Both the position numbers and the translations under genes were made by a program. Below, in pieces: positions 49,552 through 62,238 of a stretch of DNA of 64,000 nucleotides. Source of the stretch: Gracilinanus agilis (Eukaryota); assembly GCF_016433145.1 (NCBI RefSeq), contig NC_058132.1, forward strand, positions 511,488,811 through 511,552,810. The letters run 5' to 3'. Each line of letters starts with the position of its first letter. Position 1 is the first letter of the stretch. The notes beneath the pieces are model-generated. The model was not told the origin of the DNA. It did not search any database and worked only from the letters and a program-made list of their open reading frames with translations.

Positions 49552-50839
49552 GTATGAGTCAAAATTGTTCTAACTATTAAATAACCATCTATCAAATTAA
49601 TTAATTAATTAGTAACTTACGGATTTCTGATTTCAGATGTTGCTATTTTCTGCCTTTTTCTTTGCAATGCTGGGGAACTTTGCAGGGATTTTTCAATATT
49701 TGACTTGATAGGGAACAGATGTGGTACCATCATAGTATAAAAATTACAGAATGTTCGTTTCCAGGGCCCTTGGAGAGCACCTAGTTAAGTCCACTCATTT
49801 GACATAATGAAATGGAGATCCAGAGAAATGAAATGTCTTGCCGAAGGTCAAACAAGGAAATGGAAGAGCCAGGACTAAGAACTTCAGTGCTTAATAATTA
49901 TAAAGACCCTCATTAGCTTATTAACTATATAAAAATGCTAATGAGGATTCAGAATTGAACGAGCTTTAGAGGTCATCCAGAACAACCTACTCATTCTACA
50001 GATTAGGCAACTGAGACCCAGAGTTCTGAACTGGCTCTGATTGGCTCAAGCTCAGCTAGCAAAGTCAATGATCAAAGTTAATCTCTGAATTTAATGTGTT
50101 CATACCAGTGTACTTACTTATTGATGACACACAGTTATGATGTTCTCATTTATAAGGATAAGGACAGGGGAAGGGGAAAAATTGATTCCAAATCTCTTTT
50201 TTTCCCCCTTTCTTTTCAGATAGGTCAGAGGAGAAAAAGAATATAATATTTCTGCCATGTAAATGCCTCAAGCCATATACTTAGGAAGCAAAGCAGTCAT
50301 CCTAGAGATAATTAGCACGCTTTCTAATGCATTTGAGTCTATTCTCACTGATCTGTTTTCAAATGCTTGTTTCTATCACTGTTTCCATAAATACAATCAA
50401 AAGCAGTTAGACACATTTTATTCCAATAGACTAAAAAAAGGCATCCCTGTGAATCTGGCATCAAGGAGGAGTATGCCCTATTTCACAGATGGGGAAAGAG
50501 AGACAGATTTGTTAGCTAACTTGTCCATAGTCTCATTAAATATGCAAAGCAGAAGATGGATTCAAAACTATCCCTCGCTGAATAAAAACTGACATTTATA
50601 TCACTTTAAAACTTGCAAAATGCTTTTACATACATAACTATTTTTTTAACTGTATGACAACTCTGTGAGGTAACTGCTGCAGGTTTCTTTATTCCTATTG
50701 TGCAGAAGAGGAAATTGAAGCCAAAATGTATTGCTCTCTTCACTCTGCCATTGCATCCTTCTATACTGAGTCATATTCAGCTTTTCTTCGTGCCTTGCTG
50801 GAAGGAAGACCTTTCTACCTAACACTTCCATTTTGTTCA

Positions 50840-51070
50840 GTCATTTAGTCATGTCTTTGTGACCTTGTTTATTTGTTTTAGCAAAGATACTGGCGTGCTT
50901 GGTATTTTCTTCTCCAACTCATTTTACAGATGAGGAAACTAAGGCAAAAGCGATTGAGTGACTTGCCCAGGATCACACAGATAGAGTCTAAGACCAAATT
51001 TGAACTCAGGAAGATTCATCTTCCTGACTCCAGGCACAGCACGATATTCACTGCACTACCTAGCTGCCCT
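50840..51070 (-). mobile_element. MAR1-type SINE
   Basis: Reverse MAR1 ending ...CACTGCACTACCTAGCTGCCCC. Confidence 0.85.
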
Positions 51071-51633
51071 AACACTTCCATTGCTATAGCATTCCTAAGT
51101 AGTTAATGGAAACATAAAAAAGTATGCTACAGTAGAGCCAGGAGAGCTTGATGATGTGGTAGAAAGAGTCTTGGACAGGAAAGACCCCAATTCCTAATCT
51201 TGCCTTGGATAATAACTGTGACCCTGGACAAGTTATTAAGCCTCACAGTTTCTCAATTTTCTTACCTGTCCACTGACTCCGTGGTCTCCAAAATCCCTTC
51301 CAACTCTCCATCTACAATTGTGAACCTGCCATTTATCGGTTGTGGGTTTGGGGAGAAATCCTTTTGCTTATTAGGAAATCCATTTTCTTATCTGAAAAAT
51401 GAAAAGCTTAGAATGAGATCCTAGATCTCAGGGGCCAGCCAGTCCAACTTCCCCACCTCATATATAGATGAGGAATCAGAGGCCAGGGAAATTTGAAGAG
51501 ATTTGTCCCACATTTGCACACGTAATCTAAGCAATTGGGATTAATGTTGGGATTCGAGATTGGGGACTCTGACTCTTGAATTCTTTCCACTGGACCCCAG
51601 TTCTGCCCAGACTAACTGCTGCAAAGTGCTTTT

Positions 51634-51832
51634 TTTTAATTTTTTTTTTTATTTTAAACCCTTAACTTCTGTGTATTGACTTATAGGTGGAAGATTGGTA
51701 AGGGTAGGCAATGGGGGTCAAGTGACTTGCCCAGGGTCACACAGCTGGGAAGTGTCTGAGGCTGGATTTGAACCTAGGACCTCCCGTCTCTAGGCCTGGC
51801 TCTCAATCCACTGAGCTACCCAGCTGCCCCCT
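51634..51832 (-). mobile_element. Very young SINE1_Mdo-type SINE
   Basis: Close to the consensus as I recall it, with a perfect 14-bp TSD TGCAAAGTGCTTTT (51620-51633 / 51833-51846). Confidence 0.95.
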
Positions 51833-52583
51833 TGCAAAGTGCTTTTAAGCCTTCATATTCAATGATTTTAGTCAGGAAACTAGCAAGAGTGTGAAGTGAA
51901 TAGGGCCTGCTAAACAGATCCTAAAATCAGCTCCATGAAGTAGCCTCCTCATACTAAGCGAGCTGAGCTTTTTGGCTGCAAAATGATTTTGTCATAAAAA
52001 TCACAAGTTTGGAAATTGATGAAGGATTTAGAGTCAACAAAAGGAATTAGTGAGACCAAACATCAAAGGCTTCCTCAGACAAAAGGTGGTTATAGCCAAC
52101 AATAGAGGAGGGTACACTAATCTAGAAAAAGGGACAAAAAGAAGCCAATATTGACTCGATGGTAGAAGTCAAGAACTTAATAATTATTGATCCCATGTGA
52201 ACTTTATCAAGTTCTTCCTTTTGCAAAGGGCTCCGTGTAAGGGAAAACTTTCTGTTTTCTCTCTCCCCAAAGGCTTAGAACACGTGCCAAGTGCATTTAC
52301 CATGAAAGATTTGTGTGTGTTCTCAGTTGGGCATCAACAGCTCAACTCTTGCTATCAAATCAAGGCAACAAATCAATGAGCATTTATTAAGGATTTACTA
52401 TGTTTCAGGTACTTGCCTGGGGATACACGAGGAAGGAAAATGCTCCCACCTCCCCCCCCCAAAAAAAACCTCCAGTTCTCAATAGTTTCATGAGAGGCAA
52501 TATGCAAATAGCTATGTAGACAAAAGATGACTCATTGGGAATAATCTTAGAGAAGAGGAATTAGCATCAAGAAGGATGGGGAG

Positions 52584-52795
52584 GGGCAGCTAGGTGGCTT
52601 AGTGGATAGAAAGCCAGAACTAGCAAGGGGAGATCTTAGGTTCAAATTTAAACTCAGACACTTCCTAGATGAATGACTCTGGGCAAGTCACTTAATCCCA
52701 GTTGCCAGACCTTACAGCTTTTCTACCTTGGACTTGACACTTAGGATCACTTCTAAGGCAGAAGATAAGGATTTGCTTGCTTGTTTGTTTTTTTA
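52584..52795 (+). mobile_element. SINE1_Mdo-type SINE (older), within an antisense L2 fragment
   Basis: GGGGCAGCTAGGTGGCTTAGTGGATAG head; tail TTCTAAGGCAGAAGATAAGG. Confidence 0.85.
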
Positions 52796-53134
52796 AGAGA
52801 GGTAGGAAAAGATAGTAAATTTCATTCTTGATTTAACTAATGGAAAATGGGGACCATTTGATATTAAGTATAAAAAATATTTTCAATAGATGCTAGGAAA
52901 CAACTTGGTTGTAAACATGTAGGGAAGGGACAGTGTCTATGAATAACGTAAAACAAAAATGTTATTTAAATGTTGATTTCTGAGCTATAAACTGGAAACT
53001 ATTAAATGATAAAATACACCAGTCCCTTAAGAGTCTTGGAATTCAGAATACTTAAGGGTGGGATAGGGATCAGAACATCAAAACCATGAGAAATTCAGTC
53101 TTTTCTGTAACCTTAGACAAGAATTTTCTCATGA

Positions 53135-53400
53135 CAAAAGTAAATCCACTACCACAGAAGGAGCAGAGTGAAATTTATTATTCTTCATTTTATTTCCTCC
53201 ATAAATTTTTCTCTGTTGTAAGCATTATGTTTCTTGTTTCACAACATGACAAACAGGGAAATATGTATTAAATGACAATATGTGTACAATCTATATCGTA
53301 TTACCTGCCTTCTTGGGGAAGGGGAGGGGTGGGAGGAAGGGCAAAATGTTTTTACCTGTAATTGAAGAAATAAAAAGTTGATTAAAAAAGAGAAGAATAA
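53135..53400 (+). mobile_element. L1 3' UTR fragment
   Basis: CAACATGACAAACAGGGAAATATGTATT...GGGGAAGGGGAGGGGTGGGAGG...AATAAAA. Confidence 0.8.
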
Positions 53401-53515
53401 AAATGCTTTCTCCCATCACTTTCACCCCTTGGAAACTCTGATTTCCTTAAAAACTTAGGTCAAGTATCATCCTCTACTAGAAGCTTTTTCCTGGTTTCCC
53501 TCCCCTTCCCACTAA

Positions 53516-53896
53516 AGTGTCTCTCTCCCCTCTATCTGTCTCCCTCTCTCCCTTCCCTTCCCTCTCCTCTCTTCCCTCTTCTCTCTCTCTCCTCCCTCCT
53601 CTCTCTGTCTTTGTCTCTGTTTCTCTCTCTCTGTCTCTCTATTCTTTCTCCTCTTCCTCTCCTCCCTCCTCTCTCAGTCTCTGTCTCTCCTTTCTCTCTC
53701 TGTCTGTCTCTCACTTCTCTCCCTCTGTCTTTGTCTCTGTCTCTGTCTCTCCTCCTTCCTTTCTCTCCTCCTTCCTTTCTCTCATCCCTCCTCTTTCTGT
53801 CTCTGTTTCTCTCTGTCTCTCTCTTCTCTCTCCTCTCTCTCCTCCCTCCTCTCTCAGTTTCTGTCTCTCCTCTCCTCCCTCCTCTTTCTCTCTGTC

Positions 53897-53954
<58 letters not shown>

Positions 53955-53965
53955 CCTGCCTATCT
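53516..53965. repeat. TC-rich polypyrimidine tract ending in (TCTG)n
   Basis: About 450 bp of C/T with internal duplicated blocks (CTCCTCCCTCCTCTCTCAGT) and about 12 TCTG units. Confidence 0.92.
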
Positions 53966-56379
53966 GCCTTTTCTATCATCTATCTACCTACCACATTACA
54001 CTGGAGGATTCCGTTCCATTGTAGCTCCATTACAAGTTTACTATGTGCAGGGACTGTTTCACTTTCAAGTTTGTATACAATGTGAATAAGAAATTCTTGA
54101 TTAGGATAGAAATAATATCATTGGAGGAGGTCTTAAGAGGCTGTTTATTTCCCCTTCTAGGTATGACCTTCTTGCTACCTAAGAGATGGGGTTTTGTGTT
54201 GCATTTGACCTTCTGAAGAGAAGCTGGCCTTAGAATAAGCTCTTCAAATATAGCACAATAACTCATGGAAATCTGAATAATGTCTTCCCTCATAAAAGGA
54301 AAATCTCCTTTCTTCTTCATCCTAAAACTTCCTTGATTGATCTGACATCCTCTGGCTTAAATGATTTCCTCCCCCACTCTTATCCTCCATCTTTTAGGAA
54401 TTTTAATGCTGAGATGCCTCCAAATATATTTCATTTTTTTGCCTCTACTTTGGGATTAGGGATTATTCACTCCTTTCCCCTCTCTGCTCCTTTCTTCCCC
54501 TTCTTCTTCCTTTCCCCTCCCCTCCTCCCTTTTCCTTTCCCCTCTCTTCCCTTCTCCTCCCCTCCCCTCCCTTCATCTCCTCTCCTTGTCTTTTCTTGCC
54601 TTTCTATATTCCCAGCACTTAATAAAATGCCTTGCACCTAGTAGGTATTTGGTAGATACTTGTGGATTGAATATTAATTTTTCTTTCACACATTTAATCC
54701 ACTTGGCATCTTTCTGTGTCAATGTCATGAGTATTTTTCCTGGAAGTTCAGTGGAAAGATTTCTGATGCTTCTTTACTGTAGTTGCTATTAAATGGAACT
54801 CTTTCTGCTAAGAAAGAATTGGCGGGAGGACTTCAAATCATTATTTGTTCACCTTCTCTTGCTGTTGCTTTTGTCTATGGACCTATGCTCACACTCTCTG
54901 TCATTCTGTGGGCCATGTAAGGTTCAGCTTCCTGGATCCTACAACCTGCTCCTTCTCAGAAGATTCAGTGTACTTTAGCTGCTCCTCCTCCCTCAACATC
55001 TCCTTTCTTCCTCCTTCTCCCAATCCTCCTCTTTCTCCCTAACCTCTAGTGGACAGAATGCTAGAACAGTAGTCAGGAAGACCTGAGTTCAAATCACTAA
55101 CTAGCTATGTAAGCTTGGGCAAGTCACTTAAGCTTTCCGTGCCTCGATTTTCTCATCTGTAAAAGGGGTATAATAATAGCATTTACCTCCTAGGGTTCAA
55201 ATTATATCTCATTTATTAGTGTATGAAGAGCCATGTTTTGAGGTTCCCTGTAAGGAGTTAAGGGTAGACATATACCACGACATTGTCGAAAAGCCTTCCC
55301 CATGGAGTAGAACAAGTATGGAAAATTTCTGCTATTATTTCTGGTCTTCCTCTTATGAAAACTCTTTAACCCTTACTACTAATAAAAGTGATAAGATGCA
55401 TCCTCTTTCTAGTACTTCACAAGCAATGTGGAGGAATAGATAGAGCATGGGATGGGATCCGGAGACAGGAAAAGCAGGGTTTAAATTCCATCTTAGACAC
55501 TTATTAGCTGTATCGCTTTATGGTAAATTCTTTAATCTCTTTGTGCCTTAATCTCCTCCTTTACAAAAATGAAGAGGTTCTACTCAAAGATCTCTAGGTC
55601 CCTTCCAGTTCTAAATCTATAATTCTGTAGATTTTTCATAGGGTTTTCACATTCATTATCTCATTTAATATCCTCAATAGCCCCAATAAAATAGACTCCA
55701 CATTTTATAGATTGTGAGACTAAGACCCAGATAGAGTTGAGTCTATGAGCTCCTTGAGAACAGGGACTGTCTTTTGCCTTTCTTTCCTTGTGTCCTCAGT
55801 GTTTAGCACAGTTTGTGGCATTTAGGAGGTGCTGAGTAAATGCTCATTGCCTGACTGACTGGGCCACATGGCTAGCAAATGATAGAAGTAGCATTAGGTC
55901 TTCTGATTTCTAATTCAGGTGTCTCTGCTACCTAATCTTGGATTCCAAGACAATAGGAAGCTGAAGGGGACACTGCCTCTCCGTACTCTGGTAGAAGAAA
56001 GACTGCCATTTTCCATTTTTTATAGTGATATAGTATAAAGGCAGGCTTTTCCAGCCTCCACTTCAATTAATGTAATCCATGTAAGGCCATATTGTTTTGT
56101 TAAACCCTTATCTTCTTTCTTTGAGTAAATACCAAGTATTGGTTCCAAGGCAGAAGAGCAGTAAGGGATAGGCAATAGGGTTGAGTAACTAGAAAGCATC
56201 TGAAGCACCCAGGACCTTATTTCTCTCTATTTACTGAGCCATCCATCTGCTTCTCTTCTGTTTTTTTAATATGTGTCTATCCCCCAATATCAGGTATCAA
56301 AGCCTATTTGATTAACTCATAGAATAAATCAATCAACAGTAAGAGAATTTAATCACAAAGTTTTAAGTAAGTTAGAAAA

Positions 56380-56565
56380 AACATTTACATTTCATCTTAG
56401 AATAAATACTGTGTATTAATTCCAAGGCAAAAGGGGGGTAAAAGTTAGGACAAATGATTTGCCCAGGGTTATACAACCAGAAAATGCCTGAGGCCAGTTT
56501 TGAACCTGGGACCTCCTATCTCTAGGCTTGGCTCTCAATCCATTGAGTCATCTCCCTGGCTTGCC
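56380..56565 (-). mobile_element. SINE1_Mdo-type SINE
   Basis: Reverse SINE1 (TTTGAACCTGGGACCTCCTATCTCTAGGCTTGGCTCTCAATCCATTGAG). Confidence 0.85.
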
Positions 56566-57614
56566 TTGGTTTTAAGTAGAAGTTAAGAAATTTTCCTATA
56601 ATTCTGTAATCAATGTGTGCTTGGGTTCTCCTTTACCATCTCCAGAGGATTAGAGAGCTTTGGGCACTGGATAAAAGCAGATGTCACCTCCTAGATATTC
56701 TGTGCTCGGTTGAAAGAATCATTCACTCCTTTGGGTCTCTATATAAAAATAGCAGAGTAGGAGGATTTAAGAACTCTGGAGTGCTTAGTGAATGCAGACC
56801 TCTTCAGCTGTACCAGAGCACAACAAATAGGTAAATTGTAGGGGAATTTTTCTCCTTACTCCTCCTCCCTTCTTATTAGGGAATAATAATTATATTATTA
56901 TATAAAACTGGAGCTTCTGGACCTAGGGATGAAGATGCATGCAGAAAAGTATACCAAGGACAGGAATGGAAGGAGACAGTGACCAGAGGGAGGAGGCAGC
57001 TTCAGGAAGCAGGACTTCTTGTGGTAGAAGGAGTGCTGGCTATGGATTTGTGAAAGAAGTTCACCTTGGTGAATGGCTCATATAGAAGAAATACTGCACC
57101 TAAGAAGAGTTGAATGGGGACTCTAAAGAGAAAGCAAGGACTTATAGGAACAGGAAACATATTATTCTTTGAAATGTATATGGGGGGCTTCCTTTAAAGT
57201 ATACTCTTTAAGTTTGGATCCCCCTTCTTCTATGGATATTATATATATTTATGGAAGAATGTGCTCCAGGTTTTTTGGGATAATATTTTGTATGAAATAC
57301 CATATAGCATCTTAGTAAATGTCTTTGCTGAAAGGTAACATACCTGCTAATTGATGGTTAATGGGACACACCAAGGCAGATTCAAAAGCTCCAATGTTAG
57401 AAGAAGTCACTGATAGGTTACCCCCTAGAAACCTGAGAGAGGAGTCACTTTCTTGTTTGGAGTCCAAGACCTAAGTCTGAGTTGGGGAAGTAGCCCCAAG
57501 AGGAATGTGTCTATAGGAATCACAGATTTAGATCTTCGTGGGTCATCTTGTTCACCTGCCTTATTTTAGAGGTAAGGAAATTGAAGTCCTGGGAGTTTAA
57601 AGAATTAAAAATGA

Positions 57615-57750
57615 ATGTGTTTATAGCTTTGATAATTGAGTCTTTTGAGTAAAACCATGCTAGGAAAGGAGTTCCTGTTCGTGCTAGGCTACCTGATATT
57701 AGGGCAGATGATGTTATTGGGTGTGTAATGAATAGAAGCCCACATCTTCC
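57615..57750 (-). pseudogene. ND5: NUMT: nuclear copy of a mitochondrial ND5 segment
   Basis: The minus strand in the vertebrate mitochondrial code reads [42 protein letters not shown], matching the ND5 motif GSLAL.G.PFL.GFYSKD.IIE. Third codon positions are A/C-biased as in mtDNA. Confidence 0.9.
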
Positions 57751-60700
57751 CCTTCCAAACCCCACCATTTTTCTGTGCTAGGCCAAGTTTTTTTTTTTTT
57801 ATTATTATTAAGTTACAGAATCAGAATTTGGACCCAGACCTTCTGGCTCTCTTTGATGCACCACAATGGCCATCGCCATGGAATGCGATGGAAGGCATGA
57901 AATTTTATTAGTATTAAATCCTGATTCCCTCAAGTGATAAACAAGGTCTAACATTTGGTTGGTCATACTACTGAATGGGAAAATGTTCACTAGCAGCTAT
58001 TCTTCACCATGATTCAGTTAAGCACATGAAGAATCCATGTGTACTATCTTCAATATAATATAAGAAAGAGAAAATGTCCAGAGGTTTGATATATAAACCT
58101 TATGCTACAAACATAGTTACTCTGAATTTATCAACTCCATTTTCCTCTGAGGTATGGAGTTTATGGGGAGAGCCAGTTAGTATAAGAGAACATATGAGTA
58201 CACGATGGATATATTATATTATATTAATTATATTGTAATATAGTATATTACATTACATTACATTATATATTATCCAATAAGCACTTTTGCTTATTGGAAA
58301 GAAATTATTTTATACTTCTCTATGTTCAGTGCTACTATTTCTCATTGTTGTAAATGTTCACCAAACAGGTTGAGGACATCTTTTTTTTTTTAAATTTATT
58401 TATATACTATATAAGTAATATATATTATATATAACCTATATATAATACAAGTTATTGTTTAAAAAGTAGTTACAGAACTAAATATCTCCGTTAGTGATAA
58501 CATCATATGCTTATTTAGTGCTTTGAAGTTTGGGGGTACATTTGCCATCTTGCAGCCAGGATTGGAATCTGGGAGGCTGAAGTTCAAATATTGCCTCAGA
58601 TTACTAGTTGTGTCATTATGGGTAAATCACTTACTCTCTCTAAGCCTCTGTTTCTTCATTTGTAAAGCGAGAGGTTGGGACTTGGTGGCTTTTCTAAGGA
58701 ACTTTTTATATCATAGCTCTATAGCTATGATACCATGATCATGTGAACTGTGTGAGATGCAGGGAACACTAGTATTATTATCATGACCCTCATTTTATTG
58801 ATAAGAAATCCACATTTGAATGGAGGGACATTGGGGGTGCATTCAAGCCGAAAAGTTTCCATTGTGATTGTGATTGCCTAGAAAACAAGTAGTTTTGCTA
58901 TAGTTTCATATGCATATAATTTTATATAATATAAATATGTGTGTGTGTGTTTGTGTGTATTTGTGTAGAAATTAGGCAAATCATGTTTTTTGCAATCTTA
59001 GAAATGCCATCTAAGGATTTTTTAAAAATAGAATAGGTTTGCTGCCTTAGGGTTGCTGGGTGGGAGCATTCTCCCTCCCATGAACCAGCCTGGTTGAGCT
59101 CTTTTAATACCCCCCCAGGATAGTGGGATTCAGTCATTATTTTGGCTTAAATGTCAGCAAAGATCCCATGTGACAAAATTTATGTATTTTTCGGTCAATT
59201 ATTTTCTAGAGTCATAGGTTCTGAGCCCTAGTGCTGGTTTTGTTGAATATCAACAATAACAACAACAACACAAACCCAAAATTGAAACTGAATTTGGTGT
59301 CATGTCACTTTTCTCTTATGCTTTGGTGTCCCCCGCCCCCTTTTCAACTTTACAATAGCTTCATTCTTTTTCTACCCCTTTCAGATTTTAGAAACCGAGT
59401 ACTGACATCAGGAAAATGCCATCTGACACAGGCTTGCAGGCTATGCCTTTGAAGAAGCCAATTTTCCCTGAGGCTGAAGGAAAAGCAGTGGCCAACACCG
59501 AGGTCTGCAACAAGGGGTGCCACTGGCTGATTTAAATAAAGTGAAAGGCAGATTTGATGACTTTCCATTTTAATATCATTATTTAAATAGATGGCCAGAT
59601 TTATTATTTCAGTCAGATAGGGGTGAGGAGGGCTCAAGTTTTCCAAGAAAAGAGAGAAACTACATTTTCTCTAGCCTTTTTAGTAGCCTGATAAACCATC
59701 TAAAATTTTCATTAGACCATCTTGATCTCCAAGAACATGAAAGGAATCTGAGGTAAAGTTTAATATCAGAGCTTATTAAAAATCTCTCCAGGGCAGGAGT
59801 GAAGGAGTGATGGTGGTAGGAATCAGATAATTCTGAACAGGACAATAGAGATCTGAGTTATTCTTTGTAAAGTTATCTTTAAAGTCCTTTCCAGTTCTTA
59901 AGAATTTAGTAATACTTGCTGGGTCTATGGTGCTTATGGATAGGAAAGTTGAAACCTCAAAGGGAATTACTTCTCTTCTGCAACTCAGCATGTTATTCCT
60001 TCTTTGCTTCCTAATGTGAATCTCCATAATGCCCAGGGAAACCTTGCAGTGTGTACACATTTTTGTAGTAACTTTTTTTTTTTTTAATGACACTGAATAA
60101 TAATTAACCGAATAGGAAATAAGAATCACTGGAGGAAAACATTCTAAAAAATAAGGAATTAGAAACGAAGCATTTAGTTTATTTGATGGGTATTAAGCTT
60201 GCCTAGAGAACATGGGCAACTTAGATGTCTACCATTTTTATTTTTCTGGAAACAGAAAACATTAGAGAGAGCTAATTATATCTTAATAGAATGTTAATTG
60301 CTTTTACCTTATCAAAATGTTCTTCTGGGGGGCAATTGGAGATATTTAAAAAAGTAGAAAATTTACTTCAGAACATACATGTGCCATAACTATATCCGAT
60401 AACTAAATATGGCTAAATATTGACTTAGGAATATTTTTCATGGGAAATTCCTTTTGGGATATTTACATTTATCCATGTTTGTTTTTGTAGCTTATGATTT
60501 CTTTGATATAGAGAACTCTGGGTCAGGAAATTCTCTCTACCAATGTAAATCAATATTTTCTCTGCAAGCTATGGCTTAGTGAATGACCTGGGATATAAAG
60601 ATTAAGTGACTTGCCAACATTTACACAGCCAGTGTGAATAGGAGAAAGGATTTAATTCCATATATTCCTAGTCTCCTAGGATCGCTTCTGTTCACACCAC

Positions 60701-62034
60701 CACAGTACCTTTTATTCACACATACACATACACATGTGTATTTGTGTGTGTATATATATGAGTGTTTATATCTATGAATGGATTTAACTGAATTCACAAC
60801 AATGAAAGGAATTCAAAAAGGAGAAACACTGCTTGGTTATTAAAAATTCCAACCTTGCATATTATTTTCACATAAAAATAGGGATATAAGATATAAAATT
60901 ATCTGATAAATCAACATCCCTATATTCTGATGTAAGGTCAATTTGAAGGGTCCCTGGAAATTGACAGTAATTGACCTTTGCCAGAAGCTAATCTGCCCCT
61001 TTAAACTTCTGTGCTCACAATGCTCTGCTGGTCCAAATTTTCTAATGTCATGGAGTAAATTCTATGAGCAGAGCTAATATTTTAATCAGTTGATGCATAG
61101 TCTAAGGGATAGATTTATTTTTTGGTACATTCTTTAGATTTTCCATTTTCATTTAAAAACAGTAACTATTTATTTCTTCATCCTATTAAATACATTTGAT
61201 CCAATTTGAAAAAAAAATTTTAATAGCATTTCTTAACTATTCTGGAAGGTTAAAAAAGCAATAGAATGAGGCAGGATTTAAATCATAGACTAATAATTCC
61301 CAGCAATTATTATTTAAGTAAAGTTTTACTTAAATAAAAGGTCAAAGGCCAGAGGACCAGAGAACACACTATATGTGAAATATTTTATCATACCCTGCAT
61401 TCGGGACTCAGAGTTGAAAAACCTTTTAAAGATGTTTTGCAAAAATATAAATGATCTTTAAAATATTGGGTTTGAGGAATTCTATCCCTGGGTCTTATTA
61501 GCCTGATTGCTTTGGCACAGGGGTATAGATCTGAGCGGAAAGACAAATGTCTACCTTCTTTTTTCTCTTTGGTTTCTTGCCATGGAATTGCCAAGGTTAT
61601 GTCTATGAACAGAAGTGATATCTTCAGATATCCTCAGAAGGCTCTTCTTGCTGGTAACTTTTAGTTGAATCACTGGGCTCTGGCACTATTTACCTTGGCC
61701 ACATAACTGTGGATTTCTAGATCCTTTTTAGTTATCCTATTTTATGAATAATAGTCTATCACTGATCCCAGTGGACTAAAGGGACTGGTTCCAACAAATA
61801 TCTCTGCTGTTTTCTGTAGAGTTTGAAGCAGTAGTTTTAATTCTTTGAGGTCATGTTGCTTTAATAAGCCTTATTATTTGTTAAAGCATACATTTTTCTT
61901 AATATTTCTCATATATGATACTACATCTCCAATTCTACCTCCCATTTTGCATGGTTCACCATCCTTGGATTGAACTCTCTTCCTCTCTCCCTCTTAGAAT
62001 ACCTAGTTTCCTTTAGGGTTCAACTCAAATACTA

Positions 62035-62238
62035 CTTTTTTTTTTTAACATTTCCCTTCCATCTTATAATCAATACTGTGCATCGTTTCTGAGGCAGAAG
62101 AACGGTCAGGGCTAGGCAATTGGGGTTAAGTGACTTGCCCAGAGTCATATGGCTGGTAAGCATCTGAGGTCAGATTTTTACCCAGGACGTCTCATCTCTA
62201 AGTCATAGCTCTCAATACACCGAGCCACCTAGACCTCC
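62035..62238 (-). mobile_element. SINE1_Mdo-type SINE inserted in an L2 3' end
   Basis: Reverse SINE with TSD CAAATACTA (62026-62034 / 62239-62247); plus-strand L2 tail sequence on both sides. Confidence 0.88.

Noticed and set aside
53517-54089. 190-aa S/L-rich ORF
   Set aside because: Translation of a TC microsatellite-like tract.
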